The notes under the pieces are model-generated. The model made no database searches. It saw nothing but the letters and a program-made list of their open reading frames with translations, and was not told the DNA's origin. A stretch of DNA of 63,740 nt, counting the filler, from Reticulomyxa filosa (taxonomy: Eukaryota; Protista; Foraminifera), in NCBI GenBank assembly GCA_000512085.1. It is 11 parts of 11 records of this genome, joined end to end, with 100 filler letters (N's around TTAATTAATTAA, not from the genome) between each part and the next. Parts side by side here need not be neighbours in the genome. Positions count along the whole stretch, not along the records: positions 1 to 16,820 come from ASPP01033842.1; positions 16,921 to 26,336 come from ASPP01008169.1; 9 more parts are not named here. One strand, written 5' to 3'. A program made the translations under genes and the position numbers. Positions 13,381 to 26,243 of this stretch are shown here, one piece after another; the stretch's first letter is position 1, and each line of letters begins with the position of its first letter.

Positions 13381-14897
13381 ATGACCAAGAAGCTTAAGAA
13401 GGAGCACCGTTTATGCGTGGCATTGATAATTTCTGTGGCGATAAGCATGTTTATGCTTGTGTTGTACGCCGCGTTGACCTCGGAGCGGTTGGAAGATCTT
13501 GACGAGACATCTTGTGAACGAGAACTGCAAGAAATGCAAGACCAAATTGTAGAGATGAAAAAGCAAGTAGTACAACAAGAGCATTTGCAGACAAAGTGCC
13601 TGCAACCACATCTTGGTGATTGTGCATACATATACACATATGTATGTATATGTATACCTTTGTAAGATATGGTCATGAAAAAAAAAATGCAAAAGTGATG
13701 GATAAGACAAGTGTGAGCAAGTACGGGGCACAGCACAACGTGATAACAGAGGACTTGACTGAGGAAGACATCCAACAACTGCGACAATTGGAAGACAAAA
13801 AATGGAAAGACCTTTTGGAAATGGACAACAATTTGAACGATAAGGATCGTTACGGTGTCGAAGATGGGAGCAATACAAAAGAGGGACATGCAGGGACGTC
13901 CAACAGCGAGGACAACGACAGTGATGGACAATTATCATCCGTCCTCGTTGCAATAAAAGGACAGGAGATATGGTATAACCCGTATCCAGCAATAGCATTG
14001 GAAAAAGAGAAGGCAAGACCACGTGCACTCCAAGTGAACAAGAAGGCACTAACGACACGTTGCAATCATAAGAAAAGAGTGTTTGTGATCGGACTATTCA
14101 AAACTGGAACAACGTCCATGAATGCAGCATTGAGTCGGTTGGGATATCGATGTTTTTGGCGATCGTGTCAGTTTGTGCCTGCGTGGGAATATGGGATGTC
14201 GAAGAGCGAGTTTTGGCAATATCTATTTATGAGTGCGGATACAATCGAGTGGATGCACAAAGTTGAGGAAGGATACTTACGTGATTTACGCGATTGGAGT
14301 GATCGCGCAGGATCGGTCGGAGATGGACCTTGGCTGTTCTTGTATACACTGTTGGATCATTGGTATCCGGGATCGAAATTTATTCTCACCGTTCGCAACT
14401 CCACGTGGGATGTCGTCAATAGCGACGTGAAGATGGAGCTCCGAACGAAGTTGCACATGGACGCACTTTGGAGCCAGCAGGTTAATGCCACCCGTCCGTA
14501 TACCATTGAGTTGGACACAAGTACGCACCGGTTTTATGGAGTCAGTTTGAAAGAATTTGCGATGCTTGTCGCGCGAAGATATGAAATTCATAATTTTAAG
14601 GTGCGAAAATATTTTGAAAATCGGCCCAATGATTTGCTTGTTTTGAATTTGTCTGCCGAAAAATCTAACACTTTGTGGAAAAAACTCACCGATTTTTTGC
14701 AGTGTCCACACACTGTCAATGCAACGTTTCCCAAAAAAAATACTAGTCCTCCTTATCAACAGTTTGTCAGCATACCCAAACACACCACTTTCAATTGGAG
14801 GCAGTTCAACTTTTCTCAAACTTATCAGTCTGTTTTTCAACATCACACTTCCAAACATTTTGATCCCATTTTATTTCAATTTGTACATGGCCCATAA
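13381..14897 (+). CDS. Type II membrane (Golgi-type) sulfotransferase, Sulfotransfer_4-like, 2 exons
   Basis: N-terminal TM 'LCVALIISVAISMFMLVLYAAL', coiled-coil stem, 5'-PSB loop 'VFVIGLFKTGTTSMNAALSRLGY', 3'-PB 'YPGSKFILTVRNS', then 'VRKYFENRPNDLLVLNL...WKKLTDFL'. Intron ~13612-13667, phase ambiguous. Confidence 0.85.
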
Positions 14898-15863
14898 GAT
14901 CCCTCCATCTTTTTTTCCCCCATTTTTTTATTATATTATTTTTTCTTTTTCCTCGTCTTCATTTGGATACACAAGCTCTCTTCTATCTTTTAATTGTCTC
15001 TTTGTCATCATCGCACAGTATAAAAATCCACCAAAGCAGAGCTTTACAAGTGGTACTTTGAGCACGAAATACCAGTGCAAGCTTGTGTTTGATTAGAACA
15101 CACATTATTTTCGGTAAAGTATCTTATGCAAAAAATTGTCAAACATTATTTCCTTCCAAAAAAATGATTCAAAAGTTATCAATCATTGCAAATATTAGGT
15201 TAATCTCAAGTGTTTTCAACAACGTTAATTCATGCTCTGATTGTCTAATCGTACATTGAAGTTTGATTACAATTTGTTATGGGAGTAGGCTCACAATTTT
15301 GCAAATCTTGTCAATTTGACTGAATATGACATGTCTTTGATTGTTTGGATTTGCATCTTTTCAAATGACGCAAACTGGGTTCAAGGAACTTTTAAAAAAC
15401 TTTTAGAGACTTTTTTTGATACCCGTGATTGAATAATTTTTGCTTTGGACATTTTCCTCATTTTTCAGGATGCAATTCGGTAAGAAAATGTTATTCTTTG
15501 ATTTGTTTTTTAGCAAAGATCAAGAAGTACTAAACGAACAAAATTTTTTTTTTTTTGAGATAACAAGTTCATGTAATCTTTTTTTCTCTTAAAAAAAATC
15601 CTCGGTTTATTATAGGAAAGGCAAATACTTGCGCCAAAGAAAGCAAGACAAAATGGCTTAAGGTTGTTTATTTTTTTTATGAGATTTGGAAAAACAGAAA
15701 ATAAAGACCATTTATGTTTCTTTTTTTTGTGACCAAAAAAGAAGGATGTATCAATTAGCGAACTGGCTGAAGTGTTATCTGTGCATTTTCATGATTACAG
15801 TTACAATGCAATACTAATATATATCTGATTTGGGATGTACATTAATTGTGTTTCATAGATAAA

Positions 15864-16820
15864 ATGAAATGTAATGGAGGCATGCAAGATGATAGTAATC
15901 ACAAAGTTACAAGTGAAGAAGACAGAAAATATGCGAAGGAAATAAGAACATTAATTCGATTATTTGGAGATTCTATCAACGAGGAAGAGTTGAAACAGAA
16001 AATGGTGCATTATAATGGAAATATTGAATTGGTGATCAAAGATCTTGTTCAACAATCTGTTGAAAAACAGGTATTTTAATAATAATATAATGTTTATTAC
16101 TCATTGGTGTTGAATCTCTCTTTTGACACAAAAAAAAAGGATATATTAGAAACAGAACGTAAAACAAACGAAGCAGAGAATATAGAACAGGTAATATACA
16201 AACTAATTTCTATGATATTTACTTTATCTCATTTTTCATTGAAATAATGAATAGAAACAAGAACAAAGAAACGCAGTGAATGAAAGCAATGATAACAGTA
16301 ACAAAAGTGTTCAAAAGGAAATGGAAAAAACAGAAGTTGGAGAAACGAAACCCGGGATTAACTTGCAAGGATATTGCATAAACGAGACCTGCTTGGCATC
16401 AAAAGCAAAATTACCAGTATGGATTAATATTGGATTTGACACAATTATATTCATTTCTGACAAGACATCTTTTAGTTGTCCTGATTGTAAAAAGGCAACA
16501 GTTACATCTATTATCAAAGCAATGTTTTACAATTCTGAACATTCTATTTGTGCAACTGGTGATTCAATACCTGTGAAAGATAATAACTATCAATGTTCAT
16601 ATACAATCAAACCTGAGTTGTCATATGAATTAAAAGCAAATAAAATAAGACAACATGCAAAGAGTATTGAAGATTTGAGAGATAGAAGTGAACAGGCGAT
16701 GAATAGTACTGAAATTAAGAATTTAGTAACAGAATTACAGAAATACGAAATTACAGTTGTGAAACCACCAAGTTTAAAAGGAAATGAAAGATTACTGGAA
16801 AAGATTCAAGCAGATTATGG
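15864..16820 (+). CDS. Partial multi-exon protein with putative Cys4 Zn-binding domain; truncated by spacer
   Basis: 'KPGINLQGYCINETCLASKAKLPVWINIGF...FSCPDC'; introns ~16071-16139 and ~16191-16254. Confidence 0.7.
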
Positions 16821-16920
16821 NNNNNNNNNNNNNNNNNNNNNNNNNNNNNNNNNNNNNNNNNNNNTTAATTAATTAANNNNNNNNNNNNNNNNNNNNNNNN
16901 NNNNNNNNNNNNNNNNNNNN
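16821..16920. other. Artificial contig spacer (N-TTAATTAATTAA-N); identical spacers at 26337, 34446, 41129, 46356, 47749, 50782, 54774, 57932 and 61661
   Basis: Ten identical 100-nt blocks with a six-frame stop cassette; genes are cut at them. Confidence 0.98.
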
Positions 16921-17312
16921 AGATATTTTTTTAAAAAAATTAGGTCTAAATGTTGATTTTTCATTGAGAAAATCAATTATCATCATAAGATATGTTTTAG
17001 GCGTTCAGTTTTCTTTGCAACTAGTGAACTCTGGACAAAAGATATACTGCTTTAATAACGCAGTTTTAGAAGATAATTTTTTCTTATGCCTATTTTGTGG
17101 CTCAGTGACATCATAAACCGAGCTACAAATTAATGATAATGAACTTTTTAGAAATTATTTGTTTTACAAACTTTGTTCCTAAAGTAGAAGGTGTTACGCT
17201 AAGTTTTTTTTTTGAAGAAGAAAAAAAAAATAAGAAGCTGGGCGGAAATTTTCTAAGGAAATTTAAAGCTTGACTAAATTTGTCTTTTGATTGGATTATA
17301 AGATCGTAACAA

Positions 17313-18700
17313 ATGGCTTTCTTATCACATTCAGTTGTTGGATTGCGTGTTGACCAGTTGGTTTTCCCTATCGTCTCGTTATTGTGTGCCTTCTTCTTCG
17401 TAACTCACGCGTTAATCACATATAAGTTTATCCAACGACAGCGAGCCGAGTCACGAGACCGTAGGTCCTCACAACCGACTGCAGTCAGCTGGTCGGATAT
17501 ATGTTGTACATGTAATTGGGGATTAGTTCCAAAAAGGATATACAGATGGATTTGTTATTTTTTGGCATGCCAATCACTATTGCTCTATTATCTGATGAAC
17601 GTGATCGAAACCTTCAACTATTGGTCCATGTATATGACGCACATCAACTGTCACCAACTGAAGCTTGCAGCCATTTATTGCTACCATTTCGCTAAGCTAT
17701 GTAATTACTTGGTATTTCTGCTTCGGTTAAGGAATATATTCGACGAGGCCAATTTGTGGAGTCTGTCTTATGTCAAGTACGGGATGTTGGGATTTTGCAC
17801 GTTCATTTTATGTCTTATTCCAGGATTAGTCTTTGATGCACTTGTGTACAATGGAGAAATCATTCTTGTTCAGGGTACATATTACTGTGTTGCAAACCGT
17901 TAAGTCTCATCTTTTTTTTTTTTTTTTTTTTAAAAAAATTTGTGCACTTTGTGAAAAGTATACGTATGTATCCCAACATAACGTATATGTATATATGTAT
18001 ATAAAACAGCACCTCCATGGGGAGTATATTGGTTTGTCGGGTTTGACGGTCTCATTGGCATGGTAAGCTTATTCTTGTTTTGGAAACCATTGAGCGACAT
18101 TCACCAGCAAATGTTGAGAGATAATAGGATTCCAGGGCCCAAAACTCCTGCTATTGCTATTCGTGACAACAACTCGCAATTACCCGGCTCGACACTTGGT
18201 ATATCGACTATAAGTCAGAGCACTAATGTGCCAAATGCTCCTGATAATGACATCAGAATTGCTTCTGTTGTTCAAAAATATATCATTTTAATCATTAGTT
18301 TGAGTTCTTTTTTTTGCCTCTTCTTTTCAAAATGTGTACTCTTTCAATCACATATGCATACAACCCAGGCGGAATAACATCCACCTTGCTTTGCTTGCTT
18401 CTATTTTCTTTGACCGGGATTCTCGCCTTTGTTCCGCTTGATTGCGTCATTAACAGTTTTGATGTTTTCTTCTATTCTTTTCATTGCCAAGCGTACCAAA
18501 AATAAAATAATATAATAATCAAAGGTCTTTGTTTGATGCTTACAACGAGTTGGTATGGCAACGCATTTCAATATGTTTGCTTTTCGTGCGTTAAAATCAT
18601 GGAGTGGACGTACTCGAAATGCAGATGTTTTGAGACGCAAGTTTCTCAAAATGAACAATCAAACAAATTATCTGTTTCACATATTTCAAGTGCACTATAA
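17313..18700 (+). CDS. Seven-transmembrane GPCR-like protein, 4 exons
   Basis: Seven hydrophobic segments after splicing, 'YLVFLLRL' at the end of TM3, long loop after TM5, TM7 'VPLDCVINSLCLML'; in-frame GT-AG junctions. Confidence 0.7.
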
Positions 18701-18904
18701 CTCATTTATTAAATAGTTTTGTAAATGTTAGAAATCTGTTTGTAGTCTTCAAATTAAAATTTTATTGTCTTATTTTTACTTTTTAGTAAAATAAAACCAA
18801 AATTTATGTGCTTTTCTTTTTGCTTAAGAAAAGGGATTCTACATGTCAAAAAAATTTATTTGAAAACATCTTTACTTATTGATATTTACTATAGATCAAA
18901 TATT

Positions 18905-19320
18905 TTAAATTGTTAAAATTTTACGAGGACATGAGGATTAGCAAGATGTGTAAGCTTTCTACAGATAGTCGCAAGATTGCGTTAGCGGCAGAAAACAGAA
19001 AGGTTGGGCACTGCATCGGGATAAACTTTGAAAAGATATTCTAGTTTGGTCTATTATGCAGAATTTTTACCGATCAAAATATTATTGTCTCTTATCCATA
19101 TGACAAAACGATTCAATCACGAGATGTGAAATCAGTGATACAATTTTGATAAAAAATTAAAGTATTTACCAGATGGCCAAACTATTATATTGATTAAACA
19201 ATGGAGAAATTCATCTATGAGGTGAAATATAACGACTGTGATAGCATTTGAACATGTATAAAAAGTACAGTATCACTCAATTGTATCTTGTTCTTACGCA
19301 TCACAATTCAAATTTAGAAA
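18905..19320 (+). pseudogene. Heavily decayed WD40 gene relic
   Basis: Fragments such as 'KILRGHED*', 'STDSRKIA', 'SYPYDKTIQS' and 'YLPDGQTII' across frames, paralleling the WD40 region at 23664-24536. Confidence 0.55.
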
Positions 19321-19740
19321 TAAAAAAATTTGATGTAATAGATGAAGGCTTGTCTTTGTTAAAAAATGGACAAGATTAAATAGTTGTGAAAAATCAAACT
19401 TCTATTTTTATGTTTACCATTCGCTCATTTGCTGTAGTTATTTTGGATCAACCTCGTTTGAATCGCACAAAAAATACAATGCTATAAATTCAAAAAAAGA
19501 TCAAATTATTTTTTCTAAATTCTTTTTTGTCACAAACACAAAACTTTTAAAGTAAAAATATCTCATCAGAAAGAGAGCGAAAATTAATAGTTTCTCTCTT
19601 TCAACTTTAAAAATTCAAAACAAAAAAAATCTTGAGAAAAAAAAGTAAATATTAGTGATAAACAAAGTATTGCATTTCGTTAAAACGCTTTAAAAAAATA
19701 GCAAGAAAAAAAAAAAATTATTTTATCAAATAATATGATA

Positions 19741-21149
19741 TCATCCCCAAATACGAATAGGACCATTGTATGAACCGTAACACAGACTAATACCACAACC
19801 ACCATTGTTTTTTCTTTTTTTTCTTTTTTTTTTAATCCTAAAAATTTAAGACATAATATTCCACTATCTTCGCGATAATCTCCTTTGATCACATACAATT
19901 CCTTATTTGATCGAATATCCCAAAATCGAATTGTATTATCCCATGACCCTGAACATATCACATTTGAACTACCGCCAATTTCAGTATTATTTACTGCAAA
20001 TGGCGAATATTCAACTGCATTCACATAATCTATATGTCCATAGAACGCTTGAATTTGTTGACCAGATCGAATGTCCCACAAACGGACACTTTTATCATAT
20101 GATCCAGATAATATCGTATTTACACCACCAATATTTCCTAATCCATTTGAGCCATATTTTACACTCCACACTGCATATTCATGCCCTTCGAATACAATCA
20201 ACTGTTTTGTCGTCTCAATATCCCATATACAAATGGTACTATCCCATGACCCAGAACAAATTGTATATCCATTACCACCAACCACTCCAATACTATTACT
20301 TTTATTGTTATCACTTTGCAAGGGTGAAAAATCCACACACCACACAGAACTTGTATGCCAATTGAAAACGTGAATGATTTGGATGTTTCGATATCCCACA
20401 AGCGAACTGTGTTGTCAAATGATCCAGAACACAAATATCGACTACAATTAAATGGTGATAACTCAATACCACAAACACCATCTGCATACACGTTAAATAT
20501 TTGAAATTGTTGATTATCCTTGATATCCCAAAAACGAATGGTTTTATCATGTGAAGAAGAACAAATGACATTACGACGATTGTTATAATAGTGATATGGT
20601 GAAAACTTCACACAATTCACACAATCTGAATGTCCATTGAATAATTGAATTTGTTTATTTGTTTCTATATCCCATACACAAACTGTTTTATCTTCTGATG
20701 CAGAACAAAGGAATTGACTACCGTCAAATGTCGAATAATCAATACTGAACACAACAGAAGTGTGTCCACTAAAAGTCTTGAGTAATTTAGATGATAGACA
20801 AAAAGTGTCGAGCATGAAGATATCAGCTGTCTATATTAAATAGTGATTATATAATATAGCAATAAACAAATAAAATTTTGACACTTGATCTGGATTGACA
20901 ACAGCAAGAAACATAACATATTTGACAACAAGTTTGTCAAAATCATGTATCCATCCTAATTTAATGTTTAATATTCGAATCCAATGTTGAATAATTATTT
21001 GGACATCTTCTTCTTCCAACTGCTTCAATAACAAATCATACACAACAAATAAAATAGCCCAATAAACCGACCAATTTCTGAAAGCATGAACTGAAGCTTA
21101 CCAATGTTTGTTGCGTTGAAGCTTGCTTTTCATTGCTTAAAGCTATCAT
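19741..21149 (-). pseudogene. WD40-repeat protein gene with frameshifts (pseudogene or sequencing errors)
   Basis: Repeats 'GH...CSGSxDxTVRLWD'; N-terminal 'IIIQHWIRILNIKLGWIHDFDKLV'; frameshifts near 20385 and in the A-run near 19820; true end '...GSYNGPIRIWG*' matches the paralogue at 46456. Confidence 0.85.
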
Positions 21150-22410
21150 TCTTTTGTTTCTATTTGAGATCGTCTTAGATAATGTAAGAAAAAAAAAATT
21201 GAACTTTTTTACTTGTCAAAAACACTTTGGTAATGAAAAACGGAATTCAACAATATATTTGAGTTTTTTTTTCCAATGAGAAGACAAAGAAGGACACTTT
21301 CCATATCTTTTTTACAAAGATATTTGACATGAAAGAAAGTTGTTGAAATGGTCAAACAATAAACTGTGATTTCTTTGTACGCTTCTTTTACAAATACGTG
21401 GAACTTGCAATCGTTGCACGCTCCAAAATACTCAATCTGGTGATAGTCATGTCTCTCAATTATTGACAAATCTGCTTTTGAAAGATAAGCAAAAGATAAG
21501 AATAGTTCAAGTACAAAAATTATTTACAACGATATTTTGTATAATACTTTTCTTCTGTCATCCATGTATATTTTGGAGTCATTCACTTTGGAGTAATTTT
21601 AAAATCTTTTTTATTAAAAATTGAATTTTTAATTTCTTAGCTCTGAGTACATGTTTTAGTAATATTTAACATTATGACATTAAAAAATTTTGGGAAGCCG
21701 CGGCAGAGCGCAGCTTGAATGAAAACATTATCGAGTCAGGCCAATCAAACGATTGTCTGAAGAATGATGCATTGGCAGAGTGCATTTATCTAAGATAGAT
21801 TACCCAACACAAATACATCCTCCCTTTTCCTCCTTTTTGTTCGAAAAGAAAAAGCCCCGCAGTTAAGTGAGGTTTTTTGGATTTTGATTTTGTATATTAT
21901 GTTGAAAGATGCCACAACAAATTCTCAATCAGTATTTGTTTCGACACTATCGGGCTACATGCACTCTAATACCACTTTTTTTTGCTTTCTCAGCGCATAA
22001 CAAAACTTTATTACAATTGCCAAATACCGTTGGTGGACTGATTTTTGTCAATCAATTTCTCTTACTATAAAAAAATAAAATATCCTAAAGCAAGCAATGT
22101 ACTGTTAACTTGAAATATATTTTGTTGTTTGATTGAAGGAAAAAATTTACCTATTTCATCTACTTCGAAAGCAAACAAATCAATTAACAATTCAAGTTTT
22201 CGTGCAAAATTGAAACAAACATATCAAACAGGTAAAAAGGTAACATTCAAACATAATATTATTTAAGAGTATTATCTTTTTTATGTGCATCTTTAAATTC
22301 TATTTTCGTTCCTTTGTTTTCTCAATTCAAAAATTTTCAAGGTTTTTTACGTTCAAAGGACCACTTCTTTTCATGTTGTACATCTTTTCGAAAAATTTAA
22401 CAATAGCAAC

Positions 22411-24536
22411 ATGAGTGATCCAATTTTTCAACGTTTGACGAATTTGCCTTTTCCACTTAAGGATTCTCAATGTGTGTGGCATAAAGACGAAATTCTCATT
22501 TGTGGAGGCCCTGAGGAACGAAAGTGCTATTCTTATCATACGTATACACGCAAATACAAAGAGATCTGTTGGTATCCATTTGAGGTTACATTAGATGGAC
22601 ATTGTGTAGTGAAGTTAGAAGATATAAACAAGAACAATGACAGCGATCACATTACTTTGTTATCTTTTGGATTTTCTTCGCGTGGAATGCATAGACATAC
22701 ATTAGTGATGAAATATGTAAGTGTTTGGGATAACCCAAAGAAATTAAAGAAACCAGAGTTTTGTAATACGTGGTATTTTTTAAATGATAGTCACCAGCTC
22801 AAAATCATCATTGGAAAAAATGAAGATTATCAAGGAGTGCGTGCAGTAATTGGGAATGGTTTGTTATTTATTACTTATCCAAGAAATAATATCAGTGTGT
22901 TTGATTTATATAGACATCAATTTATTAAACATGCTATCTTACCAGTTTTTAAATAATGACTGTGTACAATATCATTGCTTTGTATTAAAGCCAAAAAAAT
23001 ACACAAGAAATAGTGAAAAGTCAAAAAAAAAAAAATTGAAATGTTGCTGTTTCATCAAAATATAAGATTATTAATTCAATACAATGAATATAAAAATACT
23101 TTTAAATTTCATCAACTACCTGTTTGTAAGGATATTGCACCATTCAGTAGATGTGCATATTAACGATATTATCTTGTTCTTTGGTGGATATAATTGTGGA
23201 AATATTTCTAGCTCAGTATATGGCTATTCAATTCAAAAAAGCACATGGATTAAATTTGAATATACTTTGCCTAGTCCATTGTATTGTTGTTTTGGGATAT
23301 CAAATAAAGACAACACTTATATACATATAATTGGCGGAAGTAATTCTAAAAGTGCAGTATCAACTCATCTGAAGACAGAAGTGAATGTGTTTAGGAACTA
23401 TTTACCGTTGGTAATATTTATTTCAATTTTTTTTTTTTTTTTAAATCAAATACAAATAATTTTTATAACAATAAACAGCCAAAAACGAATTAAAATTTGT
23501 TATTCAACATTGGATACGAACTTTAGAGATAAAATTAGGATGGATCAATGATTTTAACAAAATTATTATCAAATATGTTAACCAATGTTTTTTTTTTTTT
23601 TTTACTATATAAATGACTGATAATTATGTGACTCACATTTTTAAATAGACAAGAGGTTTTCAATTGTTGATGGTTTTACAAGGACATGAAGATACAGTGA
23701 GCAGTGTGGCATTTTCTGCAGATGGTCGCAATATTGTCTCGGCATCACATGATCATGATCGCACTATTCGAAGATGGGATGCTGAATCAGGAAAACTACT
23801 TGAAATCTTCAGAGGACATACTGATCGAGTATTTGCTGCAAGATTTTCACTAGATGGACATAATATTGTTTCATGTTCAGGTGATGGAACAGTTCGATTA
23901 TGGAATCTTATTGCAGGAACTAAAATTATAACATCTAAAAGTGGTTCTAATAAAATATTGAGTGTAAATATTTCTCCAGATGGAAAGTATATCGTGTCAG
24001 GTTCCAAAGATAATACAATAAGATTGTTGGATGTAGATTCTGCAACAGAAATGAAACAATTTTTTGGACATTCAGGTGATGTATTAAGTACACAATTTTC
24101 ATCAGATGGTAAAATGATTTTATCATCATCAAGTGATAAAACAATTAATTTATGGAATGCAGAATCGGGTAAAATATTAAAACAATTCAAAGGACATTTT
24201 GATAGTGTAACACGTGCAAGATTTTCTCCAGATGGTAAATTTATTGTATCATGTTCATTGGATAATACAATTCGAATATGGAATATTAAAACAGGAAAAG
24301 AACGGAAAATATTGAAAGGACATTCAAAATATGTGAACGATGTAAAATATTTTCCAGATGGTCGAACGATTGTGTCGTGTTCAAGTGATGATACTATTCG
24401 ATTGTGGAATGCAGAATCAGGAAAGAAAACATTAAAAGAGAATTATCGTGTTGTTAAATGCATAAATGTTTCTTCAAATGGAAATAAAATGGTATCAGGC
24501 TCTACTGATTGCAAAATTCGAATTTGGGGATATTGA
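22411..24536 (+). CDS. Kelch-like beta-propeller + linker + WD40 repeat protein; frameshifts near 22950-23140
   Basis: 'SQCVWHKDEILICGG...CYSYH', 'YQGVRAVIG', 'ILFFGGYN', 'IHIIGG', linker 'VIQHWIRTLEIKLGWINDFNKII', then about 7 'GH...WD/WN' repeats. Confidence 0.85.
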
Positions 24537-25455
24537 GATTCAAATAAAATAAGATTTTTTGAAGTAAGACAACTAATTAAAACAATTAAGATTTTATTTA
24601 ATGTTTTCACAATATTGACTTAATGCTGTATGATTTCAAAAAATGTGAATGAAAGGAAATTTTTATATTTTGTGAATTGTTTTTTAAGTTATAAAGTTTT
24701 AAATATGTGAAATTGACTTGTGACAATTGGAAAATTTTTTGCCGAATAATACAAAAGGTTGTTTCTTTTTGTCTCATATACGAAAGGGTTTGGTAATTGA
24801 TATTATACGCATAAGATCAGAGAAGAAAAATTCTAATAAAATCTAGAATGATCGATTAGTTTTTTCACTCAATTATTAAATTTTTTGTTTCATAAAAGAG
24901 CGCATCGTAAAGAAAGAAAATTTACTTTAATTTTGCATCAAGTTTATTGACTGTTCTTGGAAAAGAAGTAATTTGTATTTTATTTGAGTCACTAAATAAT
25001 AAGTATATCTTCACTTTCATCTTTCCACAAAAACAAAAAAAGTCATTCATTCAATTTTTGAATTTGCTTTTTTCATTTTTCAAAAGGCTATTCACACACC
25101 TTTTTTTTTAGAGGAAAGTTAAAACTACTCAACATTAACAGCCTGGATAATCGAATTACAACACAAAAATCTCATGAAAGATAAACTTTGATACACTTTC
25201 AAAGTTTGATCGACAATAAAAAAAGCAATAAATGCATTTAGATGCTTTTTAGTGATACGATAAACATTAATGATAAAAAATGTTAAAAAAAAAAATTAAA
25301 ACAAAACATAACATAATGAACTCCTTCATATGCAATCACAATAATCAAATTTGTACCAAAAAATGATGGCAATTATCATAAAAATAAAAAAAAAATTACA
25401 TTTAAGTTCACAAACCATCCAATTTTGATGATATTATAATAACTACGTATTCTAA

Positions 25456-25586
25456 TTTTAAAAAAAAAGCAAAGGAAGAGAAAAGCGAAAAAGAAAAAAT
25501 CAAATCAGGCGGCGCCTTCAGGAACATTGTGGCGCCACCCGAACTGATTCTTTCTTTTTGCTTTTGTATTACTTTGCTTTTTTTAA
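25456..25586 (+). repeat. Palindromic dispersed element, copy 1 (MITE/foldback-like)
   Basis: TTAAAAAAAAAGCAAAG...AGGCGGCGCC-ttcaggaacattgt-GGCGCCACCC...CTTTGCTTTTTTTAA. Confidence 0.85.
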
Positions 25587-26133
25587 GCTTTCGAACGGTG
25601 TAAAAAAATAAAAAGAAGTGCAATACATGAAAATTTGTATAAGGTAAGGAACCAACGAAATAATCGAGTTTTATACTACTTCAACGGTAAATACAATAAA
25701 AGCAAGTTGTATTATCTGGAGCTTACCGGGGCTAGTCTGGTTATACTTCAAGGTATGACAAACAAAATTCTTCTCGGTGACTTTGTACGCTTGTTGTTTA
25801 AATACAAGTTGTTCATTATTCAAAATAATGTATTACTATTTTAATGCTTTTGAAATAAAATTTTGTAAAAAGTAGATTGCAATTTGTCCGTATCAGCGCA
25901 TATTGACTATTTTTAATGTCTGGCATGAACACGAGTGTAAAGTTAACATAATGGAGAATCAAATTGCAAAACAACACATACACTTTTCCTACTTTTAAAA
26001 TTGAAGGATATTACATTCAAAGCACAAACACATTTAGAAAAGTTATATTTGCACATCATACAATGTGCAATTAATGCATTAAAGATGACCATTTTTCTCT
26101 TGTGTTTGTCTGAGGAACGCAAATAAAAACAAA

Positions 26134-26243
26134 TTTTAAAAAAAAAGCAAAGGAAGGAAAAAGCGAAAAAAAAAGAGTTAAATAAGGCGGCGCCTTAGGC
26201 GCCGCCCAATTTAACTCTTTCTTTTTGCTTTTGTATTCCTTTG
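26134..26243 (+). repeat. Palindromic dispersed element, copy 2 (shortened loop, right arm truncated)
   Basis: TTTTAAAAAAAAAGCAAAGG...AAAGAGTTAAATAAGGCGGCGCC-tta-GGCGCCGCCCAATTTAACTCTTT...CCTTTG. Confidence 0.85.

Noticed and set aside
16865-16876. Recurrent TTAATTAATTAA palindrome
   Set aside because: Always centred in N-runs; an artificial six-frame stop linker.
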